25,976 nucleotides of DNA, from IMG/VR virus record IMGVR_UViG_3300042560_002875; one strand, given 5' to 3'. The notes beneath the pieces were generated by a model. The model was not told where the DNA came from. It worked only from the letters and a program-made list of their open reading frames with translations, and did no database searches. Source of the DNA: an uncultured virus (IMG/VR IMGVR_UViG_3300042560_002875). Lineage: Duplodnaviria > Heunggongvirae > Uroviricota > Caudoviricetes. The position numbers were made by a program, and so were the translations under genes. This document shows, one piece after another, positions 8,430 through 17,710 of the stretch; position 1 is the first letter of the stretch, and the number at the start of each line of letters is the position of its first letter.

Positions 8430-8694
8430 ACTCTTTAAGGGTCACATTGACCTTGTCCTTCACGATGTTGCGAGACGACGCCGTGCCGAGCGTCTGATCA
8501 GCAGTGCGCTCTCGGGAGTCCTTGGTGCCAGGATTTCCCCAGTAGCGATAGCGGTCTAGGGCGACCGTTTGACCTGGTTGTGCCCCGAAATCGTGAACGA
8601 CAACAGGATCAACCGCCATCTCTACCACGTAGGCAGGATGGGGTCGATAAAGTTCGGCGCCCAGGATTTTCGGGAAATCATTGTCTATCCACAT
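8430..8694 (-). CDS. Major capsid protein, exon 1
   Basis: ATG 8694 (GGAG upstream): MWIDNDFPKILGAELYRPHP...PGQTVALDRY...KVNVTLKE. The G.TV...RY and VTLKEY pattern is typical of HK97-fold capsid N-terminal/E-loop regions. Confidence 0.85.
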
Positions 8695-8776
8695 TGGATG
8701 ACACGCTCCGAAAGATAAAGGATGTTGATAGCAAGCATTCCGCCCGCTGCTTCTTACACTAGAAAGGACGCGTGGG

Positions 8777-9388
8777 GTGAAATTGAACGCACCAGACATT
8801 CGCGGCCTGCTGGGAGTCTTCCTTGGTGACGGCTTCCTCTCTCAAAGCAGGTCAGCGGTCAAGGGCCATATCAAGGCCACCTTTCACGGTGGTGCCGACG
8901 AGCGTGAATTCCTCGAGGAGAAGGCAAGTGAAATCAAGCTCGTCATCCCAACCCAGGCCAAGATCTCGACCTATCAGATGCGCCCCAGCCAGACCGGCCA
9001 TCAGACCACGGTGCTGCGATTCCGGTTCTCGAGTCCACTGCTAGATCCGGTCTACAACTTGTTCTATCCCGATGGATTTCGGGAAATCACGCACCCCCTC
9101 TTGGACATTCTTGGACTCAGAGCAGCAGCCTGGCTTTGGGCTGAGGGGTATCGAAAGGGGGACAAGGACCATCGCCTGAGGAGAGTTGGGGCCCTGCGAG
9201 ACGAGGCTCGATTGGTCAGTGGCTGGCTCGAGTTTTTAACTGGCGCCAAGTCGTCCGTCACGGGCCAGTCCTCTCGAATACTGCCTCAACTGTCGTTCAG
9301 CTCTAAGGATGCGGAAATCGTCAAGGAGGCCCTCCTTCCCTATGCCCCGATCAGCCGGAAGCATTTGTTTCTCCCGGGGGAAAAATGA
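8777..9388 (+). CDS. Free-standing LAGLIDADG-like protein 1 (203 aa)
   Basis: RGLLGVFLGDG, LDPVYNLFYPDG and GLRAAAWLWAEG parallel the intron enzyme (LAPVYDVLYPNG; GPEALALLWMDDG). AAGGA RBS, GTG start. Confidence 0.75.
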   Translation: MKLNAPDIRGLLGVFLGDGFLSQSRSAVKGHIKATFHGGADEREFLEEKASEIKLVIPTQAKISTYQMRPSQTGHQTTVLRFRFSSPLLDPVYNLFYPDGFREITHPLLDILGLRAAAWLWAEGYRKGDKDHRLRRVGALRDEARLVSGWLEFLTGAKSSVTGQSSRILPQLSFSSKDAEIVKEALLPYAPISRKHLFLPGEK

Positions 9389-9993
9389 GCGCTCGTCTGG
9401 TTTCCATGGCCGTCGCCTATGCCATGGGCAGTGGCACTTTGAGGTGCAAGGGAGTCAAGCAGCGCCCCTGGCTGGAGCTAAAGCGGCTCGAAACAGAGCG
9501 AACCTACATGCTGCACCAGGTGCGATCCCTGCAGCGAGCGGGAGCGGGCCCCGTGCGCGCTGCTGTTGACATGCTTCCAGGCCGGCATTTTTACGATGTC
9601 TGCAGGGCCCGCCTGCAGCACGATGCATTCGAGAGGGCCATTGAACTGCTCGCTCCAGAAGGTGAAATCTCTCTCTCCAAAGAAGTCCTCGAGGTCGGAG
9701 GAGGCAGGGGCCTGGCCAGTATTTGGCTGGACCTGGGCCACTGGGATAGGGGAACCGCTGTGATCCCTCTCTCTAGTGAGCCCAATGCAGACGCCCTGCT
9801 GAGTCATTTGATCGGGCGTGGCGTTACTGGAATCGGCAAGGGGGGCAATCCAACAACCCTGCGCCTCTCAAAGCGGCAGTTCGCCCAATTCAGTGGGCTG
9901 ATTCGACACCATGTGCACCGCTCGATGGCCCATGCCCTCAGGGAGGGTTCAAAACATGGCACCTCAATCATGCGAGTTGCTACCCTTGTCTGA
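9385..9993 (+). CDS. Free-standing degenerate LAGLIDADG-like protein 2 (202 aa)
   Basis: SMAVAYAMGSG, AIELLAPEG and GGRGLASIWLDLG. The acidic residue before each motif Gly is replaced (S, L). ATGA overlap with the upstream gene. Confidence 0.65.
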   Translation: MSARLVSMAVAYAMGSGTLRCKGVKQRPWLELKRLETERTYMLHQVRSLQRAGAGPVRAAVDMLPGRHFYDVCRARLQHDAFERAIELLAPEGEISLSKEVLEVGGGRGLASIWLDLGHWDRGTAVIPLSSEPNADALLSHLIGRGVTGIGKGGNPTTLRLSKRQFAQFSGLIRHHVHRSMAHALREGSKHGTSIMRVATLV

Positions 9994-10131
9994 CCCCCGA
10001 AGCAGAACGGCGTCAGGGGGTCGCCCTTGTTGGTAGCGCAAGGGCAATTGCCAGGGCGGTGGATTTTTGTCGTTTCTCCACCGCGGTAACCGATCTCCGC
10101 TTGGGTCGCTCCCGGGCGGAGCGCCTGGTAA
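9992..10131 (+). ncRNA. Candidate structured RNA (two hairpins plus a three-way junction)
   Basis: Stems 9992-9998/10016-10022; 10023-10029/10039-10045; 10048-10055/10124-10131, which encloses 10056-10063/10077-10084 and 10095-10105/10111-10121. Non-Watson-Crick pairs in these stems are G-U on the plus strand. Confidence 0.5.
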
Positions 10132-10168
10132 AACTCTCTAGGATTGCTAGATAGGGCAATCAGTTGGC

Positions 10169-13100
10169 ATGCCGGATCAGCCGGGCATTACGACAAGATC
10201 GGAGAAGGGTGAGCCTCTTTCGTTTCAGGAAGTTGACGATAACTGGCGCCTGCTGACTTACCGCATTGACGAGGCGGAGGATGCACTTGATGACAAATAC
10301 TCGCCCGATGACAGGGCAACAGAAGAGGAGGCTGTAGCCGGGAGCCTGGAAACACCAGGCAGTATCAGCAACACGACGCTGATGACCCCTTACACCACCG
10401 CATTGGCTCTGGACCAGCGGGTGGGTCTTGGCGACCTCCTGGACAGGGTCGACACCCTGGAAGAAGAAGTCGTACAACTGGGGGAGGACACCGAGTTCCT
10501 GTTCAACACCAAATACGACGCTTCTGATCGGGCGACCAATCAGGAGGCCGTAGCAGGAGATCTCTCGACTCCAAACAGCATCAGCAATTCAGTGCTGATG
10601 ACTCCGTACACCACGGCACTGGCGATTGACGAACGGGTCAGCAGCAGTGATTTGTCCTACGACCCGGCAACCGGCGAGCTCGATATCTCCACGGGCGAAG
10701 GAGTCACACTGCCGCTGGCGGAACCGGAGGGTGATCCAGGTCTCCTCACTGGGGAGGACAAGGCCAAAATTGACGATCTCAAGCTTGTTGCGCTCACTGG
10801 CTCCTACAACGACCTGTCGGATCTGCCGGACCTTGGCTCTGCAGCCTTTACTGACTCGGAAGACTATGCCACCTGGGAGCAAGGGGAACTCGCTGATACG
10901 GCGGTTCAGCCAGAGGAGCTGACAAGCGCCCTGTCTTCCAAGGCTGACCTGGTCAACGGTCTGGTCCCAGCCTCACAGTTGCCGGGATTCGTGGATGACG
11001 TTCGGGAATATACCAATTTGGCAAGTTTCCCAGACCCGGGAACGACAGGAGTCATTTACGTCGCACTCGATGAAAACAAGCAGTACCGATGGAGCGGCTC
11101 GAGTTACATCCAGCTCACGGCCTCTCCAGGATCAACGGACGCTGTCCCTGAAGGCAGTGTCAACAAATACTTCACGGAGCAAAGGGCAGCAGCAGCAGCG
11201 CCTGTTCAGTCAGTAGCTGGGCGCACGGGAAGCGTTGTTCTCAGTGTCGGCGATGTTTCTAATGCTGTTGCAACGGGAGATTCCAGGCTGAGTGACTCCA
11301 GGGAGTGGAGCGCTCCAACAGCCACGGAAGCGGAGGCCACCCAGGGCACGTCTACGGAAAGGCGCGCCTGGACTCCAGTTCGAGTCTTCCAATCCATCGC
11401 AAGCTGGTGGAACGCCTCTAGCGATAAAACAAAACTCGACGGGATCACCCCGGGGGCCACTGCCAATTCCAGTGATGCCTTCTTGCTCAACAGGGCGAAC
11501 CACACGGGAAGCCAGGCCGCTTCCACGATTTCAGGCTTGGCAACGGTCGCCACAAGCGGCTCCTTCCTTGATCTAACCAATCGACCCACTCTCGGGACGG
11601 CCGCAGCCTTGGATGTTCCCGCGGCTGCTGGGGGGACCGCTCTCTCGGGCCAGGTCGTCAGGGGCGACGATCCACGTCTGGACAATAACCGCCCACCAGC
11701 TGCCCACAGCCACGGGAATATCACCAATGGCGGCGCTATTGGCAGCACTGCGAATCTCCCGATCATCACCACGACAGGGGGCGTCCTTACGACCGGCTCC
11801 TTTGGAGCAGCAGGGGGCACGTTTTGCGAGGGGAACGATTCAAGGCTGAGCGGCCCTCGAGAACCCACATCGCACAGCCACGGGAATATCACCAATGGTG
11901 GCGCTATCGGCAGCACCGCAAATCTCCCGATCATTACGACGGCTGGGGGAGTCCTTACTGCTGGTTCCTTTGGGACGGCAGGGGGCACGTTTTGCGAAGG
12001 GAACGATTCCAGGTTGGCGACCAATCTCGGCTATACGGCTGCCTCCAGGATCATCACTAGCTCGACTGGCCTGAGTGCGACGCTTCCGCTTGTAGAGGCA
12101 GCTGGTAACGCTGGGCTTCTGTCTGGTGCCGACAAGACCAAGCTCAATGGAATCAGCACGGGGGCCACTGCGAACTCCAGTGACGCGTTCCTGTTGAACA
12201 GGGCGAATCACACGGGAACGCAGCTCTTTTCGACGCTCACCTCAACGCCGACAACTCTGTCCGGGTATGGAATTACAAATGCCTACACCAAGGCGGAGAC
12301 GGATGCACTGGCTCAAGGCCTGAAGCCTAAAACCGCCGTCCGGGTTGCAACCACGGCAAACATCACGCTATCGGGGGCCCAGACTATTGATACTGTCACT
12401 ACTTTAGCTACGGGCGACCGTGTTCTTGTAAAAGACCAGACTGATAAATCTAAGAATGGCTTTTACAACTACAACGCAGCAGGAGCATGGACGCGCACGG
12501 CGGACTTTGATGAATGGTCGGAAGTCCCAAATGCTTATGTATTTGTTAGAGAAGGTCTGGTCAATGCGGGCGATAGTTTTGTCTGTATAAGTGGCAGCAA
12601 TCTGTTCGGTGCTAGTGAAATAGGCTCTTCAGATATTGAATTTATCCTGTTTAGCGCTGCCATTGAGATCGCCGCGGGGACAGGTCTCAACAAGGCGGGA
12701 AACACGATCTCCCTCGCAAATACCGCGGTCACGCCTGGCACTTACGGAAGCGCATCTCAGGTTGCCACACTCACGGTTGATCAACAGGGGAGGTTGACAG
12801 CAGCTGGCTCAACGCCACTTGGTGTTGGAACCACGCCCAATGTCCCGATCATCACCGGAGCAGGAGGGGTTCTCACTGCTGGCACTTTCGGAAACACCGC
12901 AAATTCTTTCTGTCAAGGCAACGACAGCAGGCTCAGTGATTCTCGTACACCATTAGCACACGCCCACGGCAATATCACCAACAGTGGAGCAATTGGTACA
13001 AATCCCAACTTGCCAGTCATTACGACAACCAGTGGTTTACTAACTACAGGCACATTTGGAAACACTGCGAATTCTTTCTGTCAAGGTAACGACAGCAGAC

Positions 13101-16100
13101 TGAGTGATGCTCGTACACCATCAGCACACACCCAGGCGTGGTCCACAATAACCGCCACTCCGACAAATCTGTCTGGATACGGTATTACAGATGCTGTTAG
13201 CAGTGCAGACAGCAGACTGAGTGATGCTCGCACACCATTAGCGCATACCCACGGCAATATCACCAACGGTGGAGCGATTGGTGCAAATCCCAACTTGCCA
13301 GTCATTACTACAACTGGTGGCTTGCTAACTACAGGTACATTTGGAAACACTGCGAATTCTTTCTGTCAAGGTAACGACAGCAGACTCAGTGATTCTCGCA
13401 CACCATTAGCACACACCCACGGCAATATCACCAACAGTGGAGCGATTGGTACAAATCCCAACTTGCCAGTCATTACGACAACCAGTGGTTTACTAACTAC
13501 AGGTACATTTGGAAACACTGCGAATTCTTTCTGTCAAGGTAACGACAGCAGACTGAGTGATGCTCGTACACCATTAGCACACACTCAGGCGTGGTCCACA
13601 ATAACCGGCACTCCGACGAATTTATCTGGATACGGTATTACAGACGCGGCTAGCAGTTCTCACGCCCACGGCAATATCACCAACGGTGGAGCGATTGGTA
13701 CAAATCCCAACTTACCAATCATTACGACAACTAGTGGCTTGCTAACTACAGGTACATTTGGAAACACTGCGAATTCTTTCTGTCAAGGTAACGACAGCAG
13801 ACTCAGTGATTCTCGTACACCCGTGGCACACACCCACGGCAATATCACCAACGGTGGAACGATTGGTACAAATCCCAACTTACCAATCATTACGACAACC
13901 AGTGGCTTGCTAACTACAGGTACATTTGGAAACACTGCGAATTCTTTCTGTCAAGGTAACGACAGCAGACTCAGTGATTCTCGCACACCATTAGCACACA
14001 CCCACGGCAATATCACCAACAGTGGAGCAATTGGTACAAATCCCAACTTACCAATCATTACGACAACCAGTGGCTTGCTAACTACAGGTACATTTGGAAA
14101 CACTGCGAATTCTTTCTGTCAAGGTAACGACAGCAGACTCAGTGATTCTCGTACACCCGTGGCACACACTCAGGCGTGGTCCACAATAACCGGCACTCCG
14201 ACGACTATATCCGGTTACGGGATTACAGATGCGCTGTCTACCGGTAATCAGAATCCCAATCTGGTGCTTGCCGGTCCATCGTCTGGCACTACTGCGGCCA
14301 CGCCCACTTTCAGGGCTTTGGCTGCTGGAGACCTGCCTAATGTCTCAGGCCTGACGGCAGCGGGCTATGGCAGCGCGTCAAGCGTGCCCACGCTGACTGT
14401 TGACGCAAAGGGTCGAATCACCGCAATAAGCAATACGGCTATCTCCATTGCCAATACCGCCGTCAGCGGCCTGGGGACTGCGTCAACCCGCAATGTCCCT
14501 TCAGGGGGAGGCGGTTCCAGCACTCCCAGTCTTCTTCCGGCCCCGGCCTCGGTTTCAGGAATCGACCTCGATGGGGATGGGGACGGAAACGTATTGTTTC
14601 AGGAAGCCGATAAAGCCTTTGATAACAATGTCACCACTAAGTATCGCAACACTGGAGGAGCCAACTCCGGCTTGGAGTTCTCATACGGGACGGCAACACA
14701 ACTTACATCATTTGTTATTACAACAGCAAATGATTCTACCGATCGAGACCCTGCCTCTTACCAGGTTTATGGATTCCAAAGCGGATCCTGGCAGCTGTTA
14801 ACTTCCGGTTCCCTTAGCCTGCCTACGGCAAGGCAGACCGACTCAGCGTCAATCACGCTCCCCGGCAATTTGCCTTCACTGACGCAGTACCGAGTGGTAT
14901 TCCCCACGCTTCGTGTCAGCGGCACAGCATCCATGCAGATTGCTGAGCTCAAGATGACCGGCATCCAGGGAACTGGGGGAGGCGGCGGGAGCACAAATGC
15001 CGCTGCTACCGAGGTCGTGCTCGGGAGCGATACCCGATTGACTGATGCCAGGACACCTACAACCCATTCCCATAGTGTTTTCAACAACACGACCTCCGGG
15101 TTTGCTCCTGCCTCAGGGGGTGGGACAACCAATTTTCTGCGCGCCGATGGAAGCTGGGCAGCACCTCCAGTCGGTGGGGGTGGGGGTGGAGGGACAGTAA
15201 CCAGTGTTGGACTGGCCCTGCCGAATATCTTTACGGTCTCGAATAGTCCCGTAACAGGTTCCAATACTCTGACCGGGACTCTAAATACTCAAAACGCCAA
15301 TCTCGTCTTTGCAGGGCCTGTTACAGGTGGTGCTGCAACGCCAGGTTTCAGGACACTTGTTGCAGCCGACATCCCGACCCATTCCCATAGTGTTTTTTCC
15401 ACTACTGCCGCTGGGTTTACTCCTATTTCACCAGGTGGGCAAACCAGGTACCTCCGCGCTGATGGGAACTGGGAGATACCTCCAGTTGGCGGAGGTGGAG
15501 GCGGCGGAACGGTCACGAGTGTTGGACTGTCCCTGCCGAATATCTTTACGGTCTCGAATAGCCCCGTAACAGGTTCTGGGACTCTGACCGGGGCTCTAAA
15601 TACTCAAAACGCCAATCTCGTCTTTGCAGGGCCCACTGCCGGTAATGCGGCAACGCCAGGTTTTAGGACACTTGTTGCAGCCGACATCCCAGCCCATTCC
15701 CATAGTCTTTTCACCAGTACTGCCTCCGGGTTTGCTCCTGCCTCAGGGGGTGGGACAACCAATTTCCTGCGCGCCGATGGAAGCTGGGCAGCACCTCCAG
15801 TCGGCGGAGGTGGAGGCGGCGGGACAGTAACCAGTGTTGGACTGTCCCTGCCGAATATCTTTACGGTCTCGAATAGCCCCGTAACAGGTTCTGGGACTCT
15901 GACCGGGGCTCTAAATACTCAAAACGCCAATCTCGTCTTTGCAGGGCCTGTTACAGGTGGTGCTGCAACGCCAGGTTTTAGAACCCTGGCTACAGAAGAT
16001 CTGCCCACCATCTCAGGTCTGGCGTCAGGAACCTATGGCAGCTCATCTCAGGTACCCACCTTCACTGTTGACGCGAAGGGGAGGCTGACAGCAGTACAGA

Positions 16101-17263
16101 ACGTAGGTGTGTCAGCTCCGGGTGTCGCGACTGCAAGCAACCTGATCACCAATGGAAACTTTGATATATGGCAGCGACGCACTTCGTCGGGGTCGCTCGC
16201 CGTGACAGCTAGTCCTCCCAGGGTCGCAGATAGGTGGGCTTCCGCTGTCCTGTTTGCAGCGTCTAATAACGCCTCGGGCACTTATACCGTTTCAAGACAA
16301 GCATGCACTTCAACCGAATTGGCAAGCTTTAGCGCTAGCTACTATCAAAGGATTGCAACAAGTAACGTATCCGCTGGGACAACAGGATTGAACAGCCTGA
16401 CTTCTGACAGCTTTGGGCTACTTGCACTCCAAAACGTTGAGGACGCGGCGTCTATCCTTGGTCAGACAGTGACCCTATCCTTCTGGGCCAGGGCTTCTGC
16501 TGCTACTCAGGTGGTTTCCGAATCTCAAATCTTTACCGTTGGTGCAGGGCGTTTTTGGACCCCCACGATATGCAAAACCTTCAATCTTACGACATCTTGG
16601 CAAAAGTTTACACATACATACACGATGCCAACCTATGCGCAGGTTGTGGCCTCTGCGTACAATCCAAATGCGGTCATTACAACGCAGACCAATCCAACCT
16701 ACACCCCTCTCGGTGAAGCCGCTTTACAGCCGCTGAGCAATTGGCTGTACCAGGTTGACATAAAATTTGCATGGTCCCTTGGTACGTGGAGGAGGTCTGG
16801 GAACGCTTATTCCACTCGCCCATCTGGCTTTGTGGGGACAGAACAAACCCAGGCGCAAATGAATAGCATGAACAACAGTTTGATCACAAACGGGTTCTAC
16901 GACATTGCACAAATACAAGTGGTGCCGGGATCTGGTGACCCCCAGTTCTGGCGTAGACCCGCCCAGCAGGAGCTCGCGCTTTGCCAAAGATACTATTGCG
17001 TTGCTCTTGCCAATACTCGTGGATACAATAGTGGGTCGAACTGGTTAGAGACACCCATCGTCTGGCCAGTAACCATGAGAGCAGCGCCCACTTGCAGCTT
17101 TGTTTCAGGTGTTGGTACTTCTGGCAATATCCAACAAAACCTAATTGAGTCCGTAAGTCCCATTGGAGCTAGGCATGCCATCCTGGGAATCAACAGCGTA
17201 AGCGACTCCTTTGCGCTCGCATTCCAGGTCGCTGCCGATGCTGAGAACAATTTAATTGACTAA
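10169..17263 (+). CDS. Giant tail fibre / receptor-binding protein (2364 aa)
   Basis: N-terminal ITTRSEKGEPLSFQEVDDNW anchor-like motif; VRVATTANITLSGAQTID...GDRVLVKDQT fibre domain; TPGTYGSA...VDQQGR and HxH repeats; PTTLSGYGITDA motifs; discoidin-like insert; C-terminal NLITNGNFDIWQR...TLSFWA...ELALCQRYY...PVTMRAAPT tip. Confidence 0.9.
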   Translation: MPDQPGITTRSEKGEPLSFQEVDDNWRLLTYRIDEAEDALDDKYSPDDRATEEEAVAGSLETPGSISNTTLMTPYTTALALDQRVGLGDLLDRVDTLEEEVVQLGEDTEFLFNTKYDASDRATNQEAVAGDLSTPNSISNSVLMTPYTTALAIDERVSSSDLSYDPATGELDISTGEGVTLPLAEPEGDPGLLTGEDKAKIDDLKLVALTGSYNDLSDLPDLGSAAFTDSEDYATWEQGELADTAVQPEELTSALSSKADLVNGLVPASQLPGFVDDVREYTNLASFPDPGTTGVIYVALDENKQYRWSGSSYIQLTASPGSTDAVPEGSVNKYFTEQRAAAAAPVQSVAGRTGSVVLSVGDVSNAVATGDSRLSDSREWSAPTATEAEATQGTSTERRAWTPVRVFQSIASWWNASSDKTKLDGITPGATANSSDAFLLNRANHTGSQAASTISGLATVATSGSFLDLTNRPTLGTAAALDVPAAAGGTALSGQVVRGDDPRLDNNRPPAAHSHGNITNGGAIGSTANLPIITTTGGVLTTGSFGAAGGTFCEGNDSRLSGPREPTSHSHGNITNGGAIGSTANLPIITTAGGVLTAGSFGTAGGTFCEGNDSRLATNLGYTAASRIITSSTGLSATLPLVEAAGNAGLLSGADKTKLNGISTGATANSSDAFLLNRANHTGTQLFSTLTSTPTTLSGYGITNAYTKAETDALAQGLKPKTAVRVATTANITLSGAQTIDTVTTLATGDRVLVKDQTDKSKNGFYNYNAAGAWTRTADFDEWSEVPNAYVFVREGLVNAGDSFVCISGSNLFGASEIGSSDIEFILFSAAIEIAAGTGLNKAGNTISLANTAVTPGTYGSASQVATLTVDQQGRLTAAGSTPLGVGTTPNVPIITGAGGVLTAGTFGNTANSFCQGNDSRLSDSRTPLAHAHGNITNSGAIGTNPNLPVITTTSGLLTTGTFGNTANSFCQGNDSRLSDARTPSAHTQAWSTITATPTNLSGYGITDAVSSADSRLSDARTPLAHTHGNITNGGAIGANPNLPVITTTGGLLTTGTFGNTANSFCQGNDSRLSDSRTPLAHTHGNITNSGAIGTNPNLPVITTTSGLLTTGTFGNTANSFCQGNDSRLSDARTPLAHTQAWSTITGTPTNLSGYGITDAASSSHAHGNITNGGAIGTNPNLPIITTTSGLLTTGTFGNTANSFCQGNDSRLSDSRTPVAHTHGNITNGGTIGTNPNLPIITTTSGLLTTGTFGNTANSFCQGNDSRLSDSRTPLAHTHGNITNSGAIGTNPNLPIITTTSGLLTTGTFGNTANSFCQGNDSRLSDSRTPVAHTQAWSTITGTPTTISGYGITDALSTGNQNPNLVLAGPSSGTTAATPTFRALAAGDLPNVSGLTAAGYGSASSVPTLTVDAKGRITAISNTAISIANTAVSGLGTASTRNVPSGGGGSSTPSLLPAPASVSGIDLDGDGDGNVLFQEADKAFDNNVTTKYRNTGGANSGLEFSYGTATQLTSFVITTANDSTDRDPASYQVYGFQSGSWQLLTSGSLSLPTARQTDSASITLPGNLPSLTQYRVVFPTLRVSGTASMQIAELKMTGIQGTGGGGGSTNAAATEVVLGSDTRLTDARTPTTHSHSVFNNTTSGFAPASGGGTTNFLRADGSWAAPPVGGGGGGGTVTSVGLALPNIFTVSNSPVTGSNTLTGTLNTQNANLVFAGPVTGGAATPGFRTLVAADIPTHSHSVFSTTAAGFTPISPGGQTRYLRADGNWEIPPVGGGGGGGTVTSVGLSLPNIFTVSNSPVTGSGTLTGALNTQNANLVFAGPTAGNAATPGFRTLVAADIPAHSHSLFTSTASGFAPASGGGTTNFLRADGSWAAPPVGGGGGGGTVTSVGLSLPNIFTVSNSPVTGSGTLTGALNTQNANLVFAGPVTGGAATPGFRTLATEDLPTISGLASGTYGSSSQVPTFTVDAKGRLTAVQNVGVSAPGVATASNLITNGNFDIWQRRTSSGSLAVTASPPRVADRWASAVLFAASNNASGTYTVSRQACTSTELASFSASYYQRIATSNVSAGTTGLNSLTSDSFGLLALQNVEDAASILGQTVTLSFWARASAATQVVSESQIFTVGAGRFWTPTICKTFNLTTSWQKFTHTYTMPTYAQVVASAYNPNAVITTQTNPTYTPLGEAALQPLSNWLYQVDIKFAWSLGTWRRSGNAYSTRPSGFVGTEQTQAQMNSMNNSLITNGFYDIAQIQVVPGSGDPQFWRRPAQQELALCQRYYCVALANTRGYNSGSNWLETPIVWPVTMRAAPTCSFVSGVGTSGNIQQNLIESVSPIGARHAILGINSVSDSFALAFQVAADAENNLID
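11700..14240 (+). repeat. 56-aa (168-nt) HxHGNITN repeats interspersed with AHTQAWSTIT..SGYGITDA units
   Basis: Two divergent copies at about 11700-12015, then one partial and six near-identical copies at about 12830-14160. Period 168 nt checked at 13251 vs 13419. Confidence 0.95.
15060..15990 (+). repeat. Three 105-aa (315-nt) repeats in the tail fibre
   Basis: CATAGT anchors at 15071, 15386 and 15701; unit HSHS.F...FLRADG.W..PPVGGGGGGGTVTSVGL.LPNIFTVSNSPVTGS..L...NANLVFAGP...TPGFRTL. Confidence 0.95.
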
Positions 17264-17278
17264 AAGCTTTCGACTCAA

Positions 17279-17704
17279 ATGACGTACCAACTCACCAATG
17301 GCAATACCGTTATCAGGCTGGAGGATGGGGCGTTCATCCCTTCGGACTCCCAGAACTTGGATTACATCGCCTTTCAAAAGTGGCTGGACGAGGGCAACAC
17401 CCCGGACCCGCCAGCTCCTTCCTCACCTCCTGGTCCTGATTACCAGGCGTTCTGGGATTCCCTGATTGAAAGCTCTGTCTATGCATCTATCCGTGAGCAG
17501 TCTTTCACCAGCCTCCCACTGAACACTCTGGCCACTGAGTTCATCGCCCTTCTAGGGGATGCAAAAAACGGTCGCGCCAACGTGCCTGCCATCCAAAGAG
17601 GAATCAGCGCAGTCCTGTCCGCTGGCTCGTTCACTCCAGATCAGCTGACTGAGTTCCGCTCGGCCCTTAGTGCTGGGCACCTTGACAGTACCTACCCCCT
17701 CTAA
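17279..17704 (+). CDS. Putative tail fibre assembly/chaperone protein
   Basis: VIRLEDGAFIP.D..N.DY..FQKWLDEGNTP is a motif typically seen just downstream of fibres ending in ELALCQRYY-type tips. Confidence 0.65.
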   Translation: MTYQLTNGNTVIRLEDGAFIPSDSQNLDYIAFQKWLDEGNTPDPPAPSSPPGPDYQAFWDSLIESSVYASIREQSFTSLPLNTLATEFIALLGDAKNGRANVPAIQRGISAVLSAGSFTPDQLTEFRSALSAGHLDSTYPL

Positions 17705-17710
17705 ATCGCT

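Noticed and set aside
8353..8799. 148-aa ORF as an independent gene
   Set aside because: It is exon 1 plus intron read-through, and its first 35 codons span the intergenic region and overlap the divergent gene.
10589..17250. Many alternate-frame and antisense ORFs inside the tail fibre
   Set aside because: Expected shadows of a repetitive Gly/Thr/Ala-rich gene.
16139..17263. Diversity-generating retroelement target at the fibre tip
   Set aside because: No reverse transcriptase and no template-repeat copy with adenine-specific differences seen in the window.
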